A DNA stretch of 64,000 bases from an uncultured Bacilli bacterium (GCA_910580135.1 CAJTXC010000001.1:2425-66424), one strand, 5' to 3'; shown: positions 1-9,874, counted from the first letter of the stretch. Notes: a model not told the origin generated them from the sequence alone. Translations and numbers: made by a program.

Positions 1-499
1 TATTAAAAGAAATGCTCCTCGTATCACTACGAAGAGCATCTAAATAAACCTTAAATCTAATACCATGAAAAACACATTAAATAAATCAATTAATAAATCA
101 ATAAATAAACCAATTAAAAATATAAAATCTTTAATATTAAAGAGTATCTTTAGTACTATTATTTAATATTATTAAGAGTAATATAATTAATTCGTGTTTC
201 ACTACGTTCAACACTCATTGTAAGCATATTATCTTTGATTTCTCCTTTGTAGGAGCAAAGGTAATAGAATTTGCCTGAATATACAAATTTTTATATATTT
301 TTAACTTATATGTTAAAGTTTGTAGAATTTTACAATTTTTAAGATTATATCACTACTATCTGGAATATTATTATTATATTTGCCACGAATATGAATTGTA
401 ACACCTCTTTATATAATATATTATATATTAGATAATAGTAATAATAACAATAATTTTAATATTAATCTTAATGTTTAACATTTAATTAAAAGTAATAGT

Positions 500-1075
500 A
501 TGCTAACACTTGAAGTAAATAGCAAACAAGGAGTTTTCCAACTCAATCTGCCTACTTCTCTTAATGAGATTGACGAATCTTATATAATGGAAGTAACAAA
601 TCACGTTAAAGTTGATGCTAATTATACTCTTATTGGAGTTGTTTTTAGAGAAAAACTTTCTACTCTTGTTCTTGCTGCTCGTAAAAGTAAGAAAAATTCT
701 GATATTCCTGTAATTCCTATATTTGTTAAGGCAGGAGAAACAGATAGTAAACTTATAAATTCTCTTAAAATTCGCGATAAACTTATTATGTCAGCTAGTG
801 ATATAATGATTGGTTATCACATTTCTGCTCCTAATAATCTTATTACAATAAATACTATTTTAGATTTGCTTGATGGTGATATAAAAGTTTATAATCAACT
901 TATGGCAAGTCAAGAAATGTGTTATTTTATTGAATTTAAACTTGTTCCTAATTGTAATATTCATGGAGCATACGGACTTACTGATGTAGCAGGTTTTAAT
1001 AATCCTTTTGTTAAGAAACTTGCTAGTTCCACAAAGAGTAATATAATTATACCTAATAGTGGTATTATAGTTTAA
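500..1075 (+). CDS. hypothetical protein
   Basis: ATG-initiated 191-aa ORF after about 500 bp of AT-rich non-coding leader; no recognisable motifs. Confidence 0.45.
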   Translation: MLTLEVNSKQGVFQLNLPTSLNEIDESYIMEVTNHVKVDANYTLIGVVFREKLSTLVLAARKSKKNSDIPVIPIFVKAGETDSKLINSLKIRDKLIMSASDIMIGYHISAPNNLITINTILDLLDGDIKVYNQLMASQEMCYFIEFKLVPNCNIHGAYGLTDVAGFNNPFVKKLASSTKSNIIIPNSGIIV

Positions 1076-1084
1076 TAAAGTTCA

Positions 1085-1103
1085 TTTCTACGGGGGAGCT
1101 AAT
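1085..1103 (+). repeat. GC-motif copy 1 (TTTCTACGGGGGAGCTAAT), intergenic
   Basis: exact core TTCTACGGGGGAG; GCTAATA-type tail. Confidence 0.8.
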
Positions 1104-1145
1104 ATACTTAGTTCTCTCGTAGATATTACTTTTAATAATATAAGT

Positions 1146-1649
1146 ATGGCAGATACTTTTAAATTTCCTAATGGTGGATATGATGTTACAATATGTCGTA
1201 AACAAGATATATTAGATTGTATCGACAAAAATATCATTGATAAAGATGTAGCTTTAGCTATAGTTGAACATTGTGAGTTTCAAGCTGCATCTTTTATTCG
1301 TGAAGGTAGATGGACTGGTATTCCTTTTATTGGAAATATTAGAATACCTAAAACAGTTCAAATGCTTAAATCTGATGAACAGCAAGCTCTTATTCAAGAT
1401 GCTAAAGAACAACTTGGTAAAGAGCAATATATAATGTTCAGAAAGAAACTTAATAAAGAAAACGCTAAACAAATTTCACAAGATAGATATTATAGATATA
1501 TAACAAGTATTGCAGTAAATAATAATAGAAAATTATTTAGAAAATTATGTGATACTAAAGGTGAAGTTTATGCTAGACTTTTTCTTTATTGTTCTCATGA
1601 AGTTGTAGCAGTTAGTAATGAGTATATTAATTTAGAAGATTATGAATAG
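1146..1649 (+). CDS. hypothetical protein
   Basis: ATG start; 167-aa ORF tightly packed with its neighbours; no recognisable motifs. Confidence 0.45.
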   Translation: MADTFKFPNGGYDVTICRKQDILDCIDKNIIDKDVALAIVEHCEFQAASFIREGRWTGIPFIGNIRIPKTVQMLKSDEQQALIQDAKEQLGKEQYIMFRKKLNKENAKQISQDRYYRYITSIAVNNNRKLFRKLCDTKGEVYARLFLYCSHEVVAVSNEYINLEDYE

Positions 1650-2253
1650 TAAACTCCTTATAGATAGTCTTATTGTTATTGATGATAATGGTATGCCTAA
1701 GCCACCTACTACTCGTCAACTAATAGACAGAGATATTAGAGAGCTTTACACACGAGATAAAACACCAGATAAGAAAAATTATATAGCTGAATGTATTATT
1801 ATTTATTATCTTGGTGACCCAAAATCACCTGCAAGACAAGCAGGACTTAGTGACCCAGAAGCTCTTAAAATGGCTATTGAACAAGCCGGTCTTGATAAAA
1901 AATATATTCCTGATAAATTAGTTATTCGTCTTATAAGTCGTTATTATGATGAAAATATAACTGAAGCAGGTAAAGTTGTAGAAAACATTCTTAAAACTAT
2001 CCATAATATAAATTTAAGTGTTGATGTAGTAAATAATCTACTTAATGAGAAACTTAATTCAACTATTACACTTGAGGAAATTCCGAATATTATGACTCTT
2101 ATAGATTCTGTTAAAAAGCAAGCTGGAGATATTCCTTCTCTTCTTAAAAAACTTGAAGAGGCTAAACAGAATCTTATGTATGAAAAAGAAACTGAACTTT
2201 CTCGTGGTGGTCAAGCAGTACTTAGTAGTATGGATGCTGAAGAATATAATTAA
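1642..2253 (+). CDS. hypothetical protein
   Basis: ATG start overlapping the upstream stop (ATGA-type coupling); 203 aa. Confidence 0.45.
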   Translation: MNSKLLIDSLIVIDDNGMPKPPTTRQLIDRDIRELYTRDKTPDKKNYIAECIIIYYLGDPKSPARQAGLSDPEALKMAIEQAGLDKKYIPDKLVIRLISRYYDENITEAGKVVENILKTIHNINLSVDVVNNLLNEKLNSTITLEEIPNIMTLIDSVKKQAGDIPSLLKKLEEAKQNLMYEKETELSRGGQAVLSSMDAEEYN

Positions 2254-2255
2254 TT

Positions 2256-3257
2256 ATGAGAGATACAAGATACGACGAGATATTTCTTTATTTTAAAGAA
2301 GAAGGTCATAAATATAATGATTCTAATGGTAATAGTTATACTTCTGTTACTACTTTAATTCATGATAATTATGTTCCTAAATTCAATAAGAAATATTGGC
2401 TTCATAAGAAAGCTAAAGAACTTGGTATAAGTGAGAAGCAACTTGAAGCTCAATGGCAAGCTATAACTGATGAAGCTTGTGCTCGTGGAACTGTTACTCA
2501 TAATGGTCTTGAAGATGCTATCAAAGAAGTTAGTATGTTTAAGAAAGCTATTCAATATCTTACAAAGATTGACGATGGTAGAGTAGTAACAGTTGCTGAT
2601 ATTCCTTATCTTAAAGTTAAACCTCTTGATATAGAAGAATTTAAGAAAGCTACTAATTATAAATACGAAGAGATTTATAGAGTATTTCAATTCTATATTG
2701 ATAAAGGTTATACTATTTATAGTGAAATTGGAGCTTTTCTTATAGACCATCTTATTTCTGGAACTATAGATATTCTTTGTATAAGAGAACAAGATTTTGT
2801 TATTCTTGATTGGAAAACTAATCGTGATGGTCTACAATTTCAAGCAGGTTATTTTAAGAAAGATAAAACTTGTAAACCTGCTCAAAGAACTAATGAATAT
2901 GTTCTAAAATCAGAATATATGCTACCTCCTCTTAATTATCTTCCTAATTGTAACGGTTATCATTATACTATGCAATTATCTTTATATGCAAGAATGGTAG
3001 AACTTATTCTTGGTATTCCTTGTGTTGGACTTGGACTTTGTCATATTGCTAGTCCTTTTGTTAAGAACCGATATGGTATGCCTTATAGAGATGAACATAA
3101 TCAATATCCTATAGACCCAAATGGAGTTGAAGTTCCTACTTGGTATAGAATCGGTTATCGTAGAAAAGAAGCAGATTTAGTTCTTGCTGATAGACTTGTT
3201 AAAGTTAGGGCTAATAAAATTAATAATATATCTCAAAAAAGTTTATTTGATTTATGA
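2256..3257 (+). CDS. PD-(D/E)xK-family nuclease-like protein
   Basis: 333 aa; segment GTIDILCIREQDFVILDWKTN fits the D...(D/E)xK nuclease core pattern (D-x(n)-ILDWK); phage recombination-exonuclease-like context. Confidence 0.35.
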   Translation: MRDTRYDEIFLYFKEEGHKYNDSNGNSYTSVTTLIHDNYVPKFNKKYWLHKKAKELGISEKQLEAQWQAITDEACARGTVTHNGLEDAIKEVSMFKKAIQYLTKIDDGRVVTVADIPYLKVKPLDIEEFKKATNYKYEEIYRVFQFYIDKGYTIYSEIGAFLIDHLISGTIDILCIREQDFVILDWKTNRDGLQFQAGYFKKDKTCKPAQRTNEYVLKSEYMLPPLNYLPNCNGYHYTMQLSLYARMVELILGIPCVGLGLCHIASPFVKNRYGMPYRDEHNQYPIDPNGVEVPTWYRIGYRRKEADLVLADRLVKVRANKINNISQKSLFDL

Positions 3258-3880
3258 AAACTCAGTTGTACGCAAAATGTAAAGTTTGTGATTTTGAAGC
3301 ACTTCTTAAGAAAAAAGGTTATGCTTATTTTAATAAAGGTAACTATAATCTTAATATTATAGGAGTTCGTAGTAATCAAGGTAATAAAGTTACAAATAAA
3401 TATGATGACTGTCTTGTAGTAATATATAATACAGATTCTGGTTGGAAACGTCAAATATATACTATTACTACAGAACCTGGACTTAAACTTATGAAAGCTC
3501 CAAGTAATAGTAAAGGTACTGCTATTCTTGCACCTGGTCAATATCGTGGAGCTTATAAAATAGATAAACATCGTGGTAAATATGATGCTCTTTGTCAAAG
3601 GAATAAAGTTGTAAAAGTTTATCGTGATAATAATCGTAATGAAATTTATGATTATAAACCTGAGAATATTGATACAGGAATGTTTGGTATTAATATTCAT
3701 CGTTCTAATGAGTTTTGGACTCGTACTACAATAGATGGTTATTCAGCAGGTTGTCAAGTATTTAACGACCCTAAAGAATTTAATTCTTTTATGACTCTTG
3801 TTAAAAAGTCCGCTGCTATTTTTGGTAATTGTTTTACTTATACACTTATTAATGAAGAAGATATAGATGAAATGGTCTGA
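3254..3880 (+). CDS. putative peptidoglycan-active enzyme (endolysin candidate)
   Basis: 208 aa; IHRSN...YSAGCQVF resembles a His...Ser-x-Gly-Cys catalytic arrangement of YkuD/L,D-transpeptidase-like cell-wall enzymes; immediately followed by two overlapping membrane-protein genes. Confidence 0.25.
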   Translation: MKTQLYAKCKVCDFEALLKKKGYAYFNKGNYNLNIIGVRSNQGNKVTNKYDDCLVVIYNTDSGWKRQIYTITTEPGLKLMKAPSNSKGTAILAPGQYRGAYKIDKHRGKYDALCQRNKVVKVYRDNNRNEIYDYKPENIDTGMFGINIHRSNEFWTRTTIDGYSAGCQVFNDPKEFNSFMTLVKKSAAIFGNCFTYTLINEEDIDEMV

Positions 3881-4157
3881 TATAAAGAAAGGTTTAGCAG
3901 ACTGGTTTGCTAAACTATTTTTGGTAATTGGAATACTTGCTACTATTGGTGGTTTTGTTTATACTTGTTGTAGAGATAAAGAGAATACCACACCCCCCGT
4001 AGAAAGCAACAAAATAGACTCAATTATTAAAGAGAATGATAAACTTATTATTGAAGTTGAAAATTTAGATAGTATTAAAGATGCAAAAGTTATTGAAGTT
4101 AAGAGTTTGGATAATGATAGCACTCTTAGATTGTTCTATCAACTTATCGGCAAATAA
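3867..4157 (+). CDS. N-terminal TM-anchored coiled-coil protein (i-spanin-like)
   Basis: 96 aa; N-terminal hydrophobic helix FLVIGILATIGGFVYTCC followed by a charged helical region; carries a reverse-orientation GC-motif copy. Confidence 0.3.
   Translation: MKWSDIKKGLADWFAKLFLVIGILATIGGFVYTCCRDKENTTPPVESNKIDSIIKENDKLIIEVENLDSIKDAKVIEVKSLDNDSTLRLFYQLIGK
3988..4006 (-). repeat. GC-motif copy 2 (reverse complement CTTTCTACGGGGGGTGTGG), degenerate G6 variant
   Basis: inside ORF 3867..4157, read as TTPPVES. Confidence 0.7.
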
Positions 4158-4461
4158 TACTGATGTAGATAGTCTGAACCTTTCTACGGGGGAGGTAGTT
4201 CAACCTAAAGATTCTGTTCTTATTTCTTATGATGATTTAAGACTTGCTAATTCTAAACTTATAGAACTTGATTATGAAAAACAAATTAATAATAACTTAC
4301 GTTGTGTTATCGCTAATGATAGTATTATTATCCGAGATTATCAAGTTCTCAATGATAGAATTAATAAAGATTGTAAGAAAGTAACTCGTCAAAGAAATAT
4401 AGCATTTGGTGGAGCAGCATTTCTATTTCTTACTACTATTATTACATTACTTATAAAATGA
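4081..4461 (+). CDS. overlapping small membrane/lipoprotein-like protein (o-spanin-like?)
   Basis: 126 aa in another frame, overlapping the 3' 77 nt of the previous gene; N-terminal signal-like segment ending MIALLDCS (atypical lipobox) and a C-terminal hydrophobic helix; carries a forward GC-motif copy. Confidence 0.2.
   Translation: MQKLLKLRVWIMIALLDCSINLSANNTDVDSLNLSTGEVVQPKDSVLISYDDLRLANSKLIELDYEKQINNNLRCVIANDSIIIRDYQVLNDRINKDCKKVTRQRNIAFGGAAFLFLTTIITLLIK
4177..4200 (+). repeat. GC-motif copy 3 (AACCTTTCTACGGGGGAGGTAGTT)
   Basis: inside ORF 4081..4461, read as NLSTGEVV. Confidence 0.8.
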
Positions 4462-4462
4462 T

Positions 4463-6745
4463 ATGGTAAAACTTGAAGCTAATGTAGAAGAAGTTATTAG
4501 GACTTATCCTTTTTTGAATTATATTAATGAGGATAAAAGTCACTATAAAACAGCTACTGAGGCTGGTTATAATGACCCTGATAATTTATTTCTTGTTGGT
4601 GATAGTGGAGGATTTCTTCTTAATATACAACCTGGTGATAAATTTGTAAATACTCATTTATTTACTGAAATGGCTGATTTTTATCGTAAGAATAAGAAAT
4701 ATACTTTTCTTAAAGAAGATACTATTCCACATCGTCAATTAAGAAAAAGAGAAGAATATCGTAGGAAGCATGGTATTAGTATGCCATGCTTGCTGCGTAA
4801 TGGTAAGATTGAGAATGTAAGAATTACTGGTTCTCATTATAATTTTCTTAACTATACTATGATTGAACAGCTTGATGAAAGTACAACTCAATCTACTTCT
4901 AAGTCTAGTGTAGCTAAGAAATATTATGATTTTAGTAAATTTATAGATGCTCAATTTTGGACATTTCATGTAATGGAATTTGCTATACGTAACGGTTTTC
5001 ATCTTATTATAGATAAAACTCGTCGTGGTGGATTCTCTTATATTATGGCTGCTGATAGTGCTAATAATATAAATTTACAGCCTCGTAAAGTACAAATTCA
5101 CGTTGCTGCTGATAAGAAGTATCTTGTAGCTACTGGTGGTCTTACTGATTTTGCAATAAATAATCTTCGTTTCTTTGAAACTAAAACTCCTTTTGTAAAA
5201 GGTATTCTATCGACAGATAAAGAAAACTTTCGTCTTGGTTTTAAACTTCCTAATGGAGTTGTAAGTCCTAAAAGTTGGAACTCTGCTTTATTTACTGTAT
5301 CTGCAATGAACAATCCTGATTGTGCTATTGGTAAAGACGCAGTTAATGTTAAAGTAGAAGAACTTTCTACTATGGAAAACTTTGATGAGTTTATGTCTGT
5401 TACCGAACCTGCAATGCGTACTGGTAGTTATACTACTGGTAGTTTGTTTTGTTGGGGAACTGCAACATCTGGTAATATGCAAGTTTTTGAACAAAATTTT
5501 TATTCTCCACGTTCTTATAATTTTATGCCTTTTGAGAATGTTTGGGATAAAGATTGTCGTAATGAAATTTGTGGTTACTTTAAAAGTTATGCTTGGGGTC
5601 TTCAAGGACAAATTGGTGACCAATTTGCAATGGATGAAGATGGTAACTCTAATATAGAACTTGGTCTTCGTATTGCATATAATGAACGTAAAAAGAAAAA
5701 AGATACAGCTAAAACATTTGCTGATTATATAAACTATCTTGGTCAGTATGCTCTTATGCCAGCAGAATCTTTTAGTTCTGCTACTGAAAATCTTTTTAGT
5801 AGTGAAGAACTTATGGCTTGGGAAGAGCGTCTTAGAACTGATAATAGTTTTAAATTTTATGCAGATGGTTGGCTTTTTGAAGAGAACGGTAAAGTTGTAT
5901 TTAAAACTAATTCTCGTATAGCTGCTGAAGGTGGAAAACATAATGTAGATTTTTACGATTGGATTGAAGGTGTTCCTCGTAAAGGTCATGAACATCCTCA
6001 TGGTTGTATTAGGAAATGGTTTAACCCAATGCAAGTTCCTCATATAAATAAAGAGGGTAAACAAGTTATTGGTACTCCTCCGGGATTATATTCTATTAGT
6101 TATGACCCGGTTGGTGTGAATAAAGAAAATAAACTTATTACTAATAAACATTCTCACAACTCTATTAAAGTATGGATGAACCCAACTCCCTATAATGGTT
6201 TTAAAACAGCTTTAGTTTGTGCTTATTATGGTCGTCCTGAAAAACTTGAAGAAGCTGATAGAGTTTGTTTACTTCTTGCTAAATATTATAATTGTATAGG
6301 AACAACAGGAGTTGAGATTAACCGTGGTGAAACTGTAAGTAATTTTACTAAGTGGAAAGCTCTTAAATATCTTATGAAAGACCCAGTAGAAATTTGGGAT
6401 ACTTCTATTAAAGGTAATATTGTTTCTACTTATGGTGTTAATATGGGTGATGGAACAAAGAAACTTGAAGGTCTTCGATTACTTAAAGAAATGCTTTATT
6501 CGGTTATTGGACAAGATGATTTAGGTAATGATGTTTATTTGTTTCAAACTATATATGATTATCAATCTATTCTTGAACTTAAAAAATGGAATAGTCTTGG
6601 TAACTTTGACCGTGTTTCAGAAATGATTATTCGTGCTCTTCAATGGCGACTTTGTGATATAGAAGCAGCCAAAGAACTTGCACATCGTAAAAAATTAGTT
6701 ACAGATGATGATAAAAAGAATATATTAACAAGAGCTTGGTTTTAA
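4463..6745 (+). CDS. terL: terminase large subunit (candidate)
   Basis: 760 aa, directly upstream of a small gene plus a portal-sized gene (crAss-like order TerL-x-portal-x-MCP); DKTRRGGFS resembles the TerL Walker-A variant [ST]RQxGK[ST]. Confidence 0.45.
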   Translation: MVKLEANVEEVIRTYPFLNYINEDKSHYKTATEAGYNDPDNLFLVGDSGGFLLNIQPGDKFVNTHLFTEMADFYRKNKKYTFLKEDTIPHRQLRKREEYRRKHGISMPCLLRNGKIENVRITGSHYNFLNYTMIEQLDESTTQSTSKSSVAKKYYDFSKFIDAQFWTFHVMEFAIRNGFHLIIDKTRRGGFSYIMAADSANNINLQPRKVQIHVAADKKYLVATGGLTDFAINNLRFFETKTPFVKGILSTDKENFRLGFKLPNGVVSPKSWNSALFTVSAMNNPDCAIGKDAVNVKVEELSTMENFDEFMSVTEPAMRTGSYTTGSLFCWGTATSGNMQVFEQNFYSPRSYNFMPFENVWDKDCRNEICGYFKSYAWGLQGQIGDQFAMDEDGNSNIELGLRIAYNERKKKKDTAKTFADYINYLGQYALMPAESFSSATENLFSSEELMAWEERLRTDNSFKFYADGWLFEENGKVVFKTNSRIAAEGGKHNVDFYDWIEGVPRKGHEHPHGCIRKWFNPMQVPHINKEGKQVIGTPPGLYSISYDPVGVNKENKLITNKHSHNSIKVWMNPTPYNGFKTALVCAYYGRPEKLEEADRVCLLLAKYYNCIGTTGVEINRGETVSNFTKWKALKYLMKDPVEIWDTSIKGNIVSTYGVNMGDGTKKLEGLRLLKEMLYSVIGQDDLGNDVYLFQTIYDYQSILELKKWNSLGNFDRVSEMIIRALQWRLCDIEAAKELAHRKKLVTDDDKKNILTRAWF

Positions 6746-6749
6746 TAAT

Positions 6750-7151
6750 ATGGCTAAATTTAAAGTTATACCTATTGATTTATATAAACGTGACATTACT
6801 GTTTTTATAGGCACTCACGATGAGTTTAAACAATGGGTTGAAAGTTACAAAGTTCCTTCAAGTTGGGAACAGCTTATAGAAAGTATTGTTGAAAGTGATG
6901 ATAATGCTGTTGCATCATATTGGTATAATAACAATAACGGAAATGGTATAATAGAACTTTGTTGTCATCCTGAAAAGAAAGAAGAAATAGGTATAGCAGC
7001 ACATGAATGTTTACATTGTGCTATGCATATTCTTTCTTATGTTAATATACCTTGTATTCCTCATGGTGCTAACGAAGCTTATACATATCTCTTAGAATAT
7101 CTTCTTGTAAGAGTATTAGATTACAATGATTATGAACTTGTAAAACTGTAA
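6750..7151 (+). CDS. small HExxH-motif protein (possible minimal zinc metallopeptidase)
   Basis: 133 aa; AAHECLHCAMH contains HECLH (nt 7002-7016), with a downstream Glu (NEAYTY) about 18 residues later as in gluzincins; also a CCHPE Cys/His cluster. Confidence 0.3.
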   Translation: MAKFKVIPIDLYKRDITVFIGTHDEFKQWVESYKVPSSWEQLIESIVESDDNAVASYWYNNNNGNGIIELCCHPEKKEEIGIAAHECLHCAMHILSYVNIPCIPHGANEAYTYLLEYLLVRVLDYNDYELVKL

Positions 7152-7155
7152 TATT

Positions 7156-9570
7156 ATGATGCCTAAGTATGATGCTACTTTTCCTCAACAACGAGTTAGT
7201 GGCGCAATTAAAAGAACAGCAGATTGGTATGCTAATTGCATAGATTATGTAATTGATGCTGGTCTTAGTTTTAACGATAGAAGTGATACTGAATTAAAAC
7301 TTGGTATTCTTCGTGGTGATTTACCTAATGAATTTTATAAGAAAACTCTTAATCCTTATAATAGTACTAACGAGAAACATACTCGTTTTCCTGCTACTCT
7401 TCGTAATCTTGATATTATGTCAGATATTATTCGTAGATATGTATCTGAATATTTCAAAGGTGTTCACGAATTTGTAGTTGGTGCTAACAATCCAGATATT
7501 GTCATAAATAAAAATGCTAAACTCAAAGAAAAGATTGGAGAATTAGCCCAACAAGCTTTTCAACAAGAGTTTGAAAGACAATATCAAGCAATGGTTCAAC
7601 AAGCTCAACAACAAGGTCAAGACCCAAGTACTATTGACCCACAACAAGCAATGCCTGATGTTGAACAATTTATTGCTGATTTTAATGAAAAATATATAGA
7701 TGATGAGAGTAAACAAGGTCAAGATATTCTTGATTATATCAGAGCAATGACTCAAGATAATATTATTTATCTTTCTGCTTTCTTTAATTTTGTTTCTCTT
7801 GGAGAATGTTATTCTTATTCAGATGTAAGAGGAGATAAACTTTTTAAAGAGAACGTTCCTGTTCTTGAAGCTTTCCCTATTCCTAATGATAAGTTCTTTG
7901 TCGAAGACCATGATATGTTTGCAAGACGTATGCTTATGTCTTATCAGCAAATAGTAGATATGTTTGATGATATGCTTACAGATAAGGATAAGAAATTTCT
8001 TGAAGTATATTATGGTAGAGCTACTACAAATAACGGAATAACGCATCTCAACTATACTCAAATGTTTGAAACTTATCCTGATATTTGTGATAAGTTTTCA
8101 AAAAAAGAACGAGAGCTATTTAAAAAAGAACCTATTTGTATTCATGCTGAAAATAATAATCTATTTGAAGTTTGGCACGTTGTATGGAGAGGAGAAGCTA
8201 AAAGAGGTATTCTTACATATATAAACGAATTAGGACTTGAAACTACTCGTGTAGTAGAAGAAGATTATGAATTTAATGCAGAAGCTGGAGATATAAATAT
8301 TGAATGGGTTTATGAACCTCAAGTTTATGAAGGTTATCGTATAGGCGGAAGATATAATTCTATTTATCCTATTAAAGCCCGTCCAGTTACATTTAACCGT
8401 AATGGTAAACTCCCTTATAATGGTATTATGGAAGTTCTTCCTATGATGGGTAAATTTAGCATTATTAAACTTGTTACTCCTTATCAAGTTATGCGTAATA
8501 TATTTGCTTATCATAGAGAAATGGTTATAGCAAAGAATAAAATGCTAATTCTTCTTCTTCCAGAATCTCTTATTACTTCTAATGCAGAAGATAAGATTTA
8601 TAAGATGGCAGCTGATGGTGTTCTTCTTATAGATGATGCTGAAGATACTAACTCTCTTAAAATGCAACAAATAAGATTACTTAATGCTAATATGGGTGAT
8701 TATATTACTCAGCTTACTAATCTTATGGAAGCTACTAAACTTGAAGCAAGAGAGATGGTAGATATGAATATGCAACGTTATGGTGATATTGCACAATCTG
8801 CTGGAGCTGCTACAACACAAGAAGCTATTACACGTTCTTCTATGGGTATGGTTATTCTTGTTCAAATGTTTGATGAATTTAGAAAAGCAGATTATAATAG
8901 AGATTTAGATTATTGCAAACTTGCATTTGTTGAAGGACTTGATACTTCTTATTGGGATGAACTTGGTAAACGTAGATTTATTAGTCTTGATGTAAATAGT
9001 TTTGTCGGTTCTGATTATTCTACTACAGTTCGTAATGATTCTAAAGAACTTGATAAGATTCAACAACTTCGTCAATGGGCATTTAGTGCTGCTCAGAATG
9101 GTGACCTTGATATTGCTCTTGCTGCAATATCTGGAGACAATGTTTCTCAAATAAAAGCTACTGTTCAAAAGTTCATGGAAATTAAACGTCAGCATGAAGA
9201 ACAGATGCAGCAGATAGAACAAATGATGAAGCAGGAAGAGATGCAAGCTAAACTTCAAGAGATTGCTGCTAAAGGTGAACAAGATAGATTGACACAAGAA
9301 TTTAAATATTCTTATGAAATGCAACTTAAATATATTGATGTTGATATGTCGATGCTTGCTGCTAACAGCAATGATGAAGGTGCTAGAAATAGACTTGCTG
9401 CATTAGCTGAAAGTAATAAGCATAATCTTGAACAACAACGTATTCAACTTGAACGTGAAAAGATTATGGCTGATACTTATAGTAAAGCTGCTGATAGAGA
9501 AGTTAAACGTCATCAAATAGATACTCAATTAAAAATAGCTAAAACTAATAAAAATAGATATGATAAATAA
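7156..9570 (+). CDS. portal protein (candidate)
   Basis: 804 aa; position between the TerL-like and capsid genes; long Q/E-rich coiled-coil C-terminal region; size matches crAss-like portals. Confidence 0.45.
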   Translation: MMPKYDATFPQQRVSGAIKRTADWYANCIDYVIDAGLSFNDRSDTELKLGILRGDLPNEFYKKTLNPYNSTNEKHTRFPATLRNLDIMSDIIRRYVSEYFKGVHEFVVGANNPDIVINKNAKLKEKIGELAQQAFQQEFERQYQAMVQQAQQQGQDPSTIDPQQAMPDVEQFIADFNEKYIDDESKQGQDILDYIRAMTQDNIIYLSAFFNFVSLGECYSYSDVRGDKLFKENVPVLEAFPIPNDKFFVEDHDMFARRMLMSYQQIVDMFDDMLTDKDKKFLEVYYGRATTNNGITHLNYTQMFETYPDICDKFSKKERELFKKEPICIHAENNNLFEVWHVVWRGEAKRGILTYINELGLETTRVVEEDYEFNAEAGDINIEWVYEPQVYEGYRIGGRYNSIYPIKARPVTFNRNGKLPYNGIMEVLPMMGKFSIIKLVTPYQVMRNIFAYHREMVIAKNKMLILLLPESLITSNAEDKIYKMAADGVLLIDDAEDTNSLKMQQIRLLNANMGDYITQLTNLMEATKLEAREMVDMNMQRYGDIAQSAGAATTQEAITRSSMGMVILVQMFDEFRKADYNRDLDYCKLAFVEGLDTSYWDELGKRRFISLDVNSFVGSDYSTTVRNDSKELDKIQQLRQWAFSAAQNGDLDIALAAISGDNVSQIKATVQKFMEIKRQHEEQMQQIEQMMKQEEMQAKLQEIAAKGEQDRLTQEFKYSYEMQLKYIDVDMSMLAANSNDEGARNRLAALAESNKHNLEQQRIQLEREKIMADTYSKAADREVKRHQIDTQLKIAKTNKNRYDK

Positions 9571-9596
9571 ATAGTGCATTTCCAAACTATTCTTTG

Positions 9597-9636
9597 TCCT
9601 CTTGGTAGTCTTAATGATTATCAAGAGGATTTCTAT
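9597..9636 (+). terminator. possible hairpin terminator after the portal gene
   Basis: 8-bp stem TCCTCTTG/CAAGAGGA (9597-9604 / 9622-9629) around a 17-nt loop, followed by TTTCTATT; the large loop makes this weak. Confidence 0.3.
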
Positions 9637-9874
9637 TAAATACCACATATTTTCAAGCTGTTTCAGCCCGATAAATCATTGAGTAATAGGATTATTCATT
9701 TAGAATAATTCCGGCTAATACGGCGTAAATCTGAGGCTCATAGGGCATATTTTCGTTGGCAGTAGTCTATTGTAAATCGGCATTTCATTAACAATTATTA
9801 TACTTAGTGTTGGCAGTAATAATATAACATATCCTATTTTTAATAATATTCTTGATAAAATTATTGAAATTTAT

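Noticed and set aside
12-41. Hairpin ATGCTCCTCG...CGAAGAGCAT at the window start as a terminator
   Set aside because: The stem is imperfect (9 of 10 with a C-A mismatch), no U-tract follows, and the upstream context is outside the window.
9640-9800. GC-richer intergenic patch as a possible tRNA
   Set aside because: No acceptor-stem/T-arm arrangement and no GTTCRANYC-like T-loop could be found by eye. It is left as an unexplained non-coding element only.
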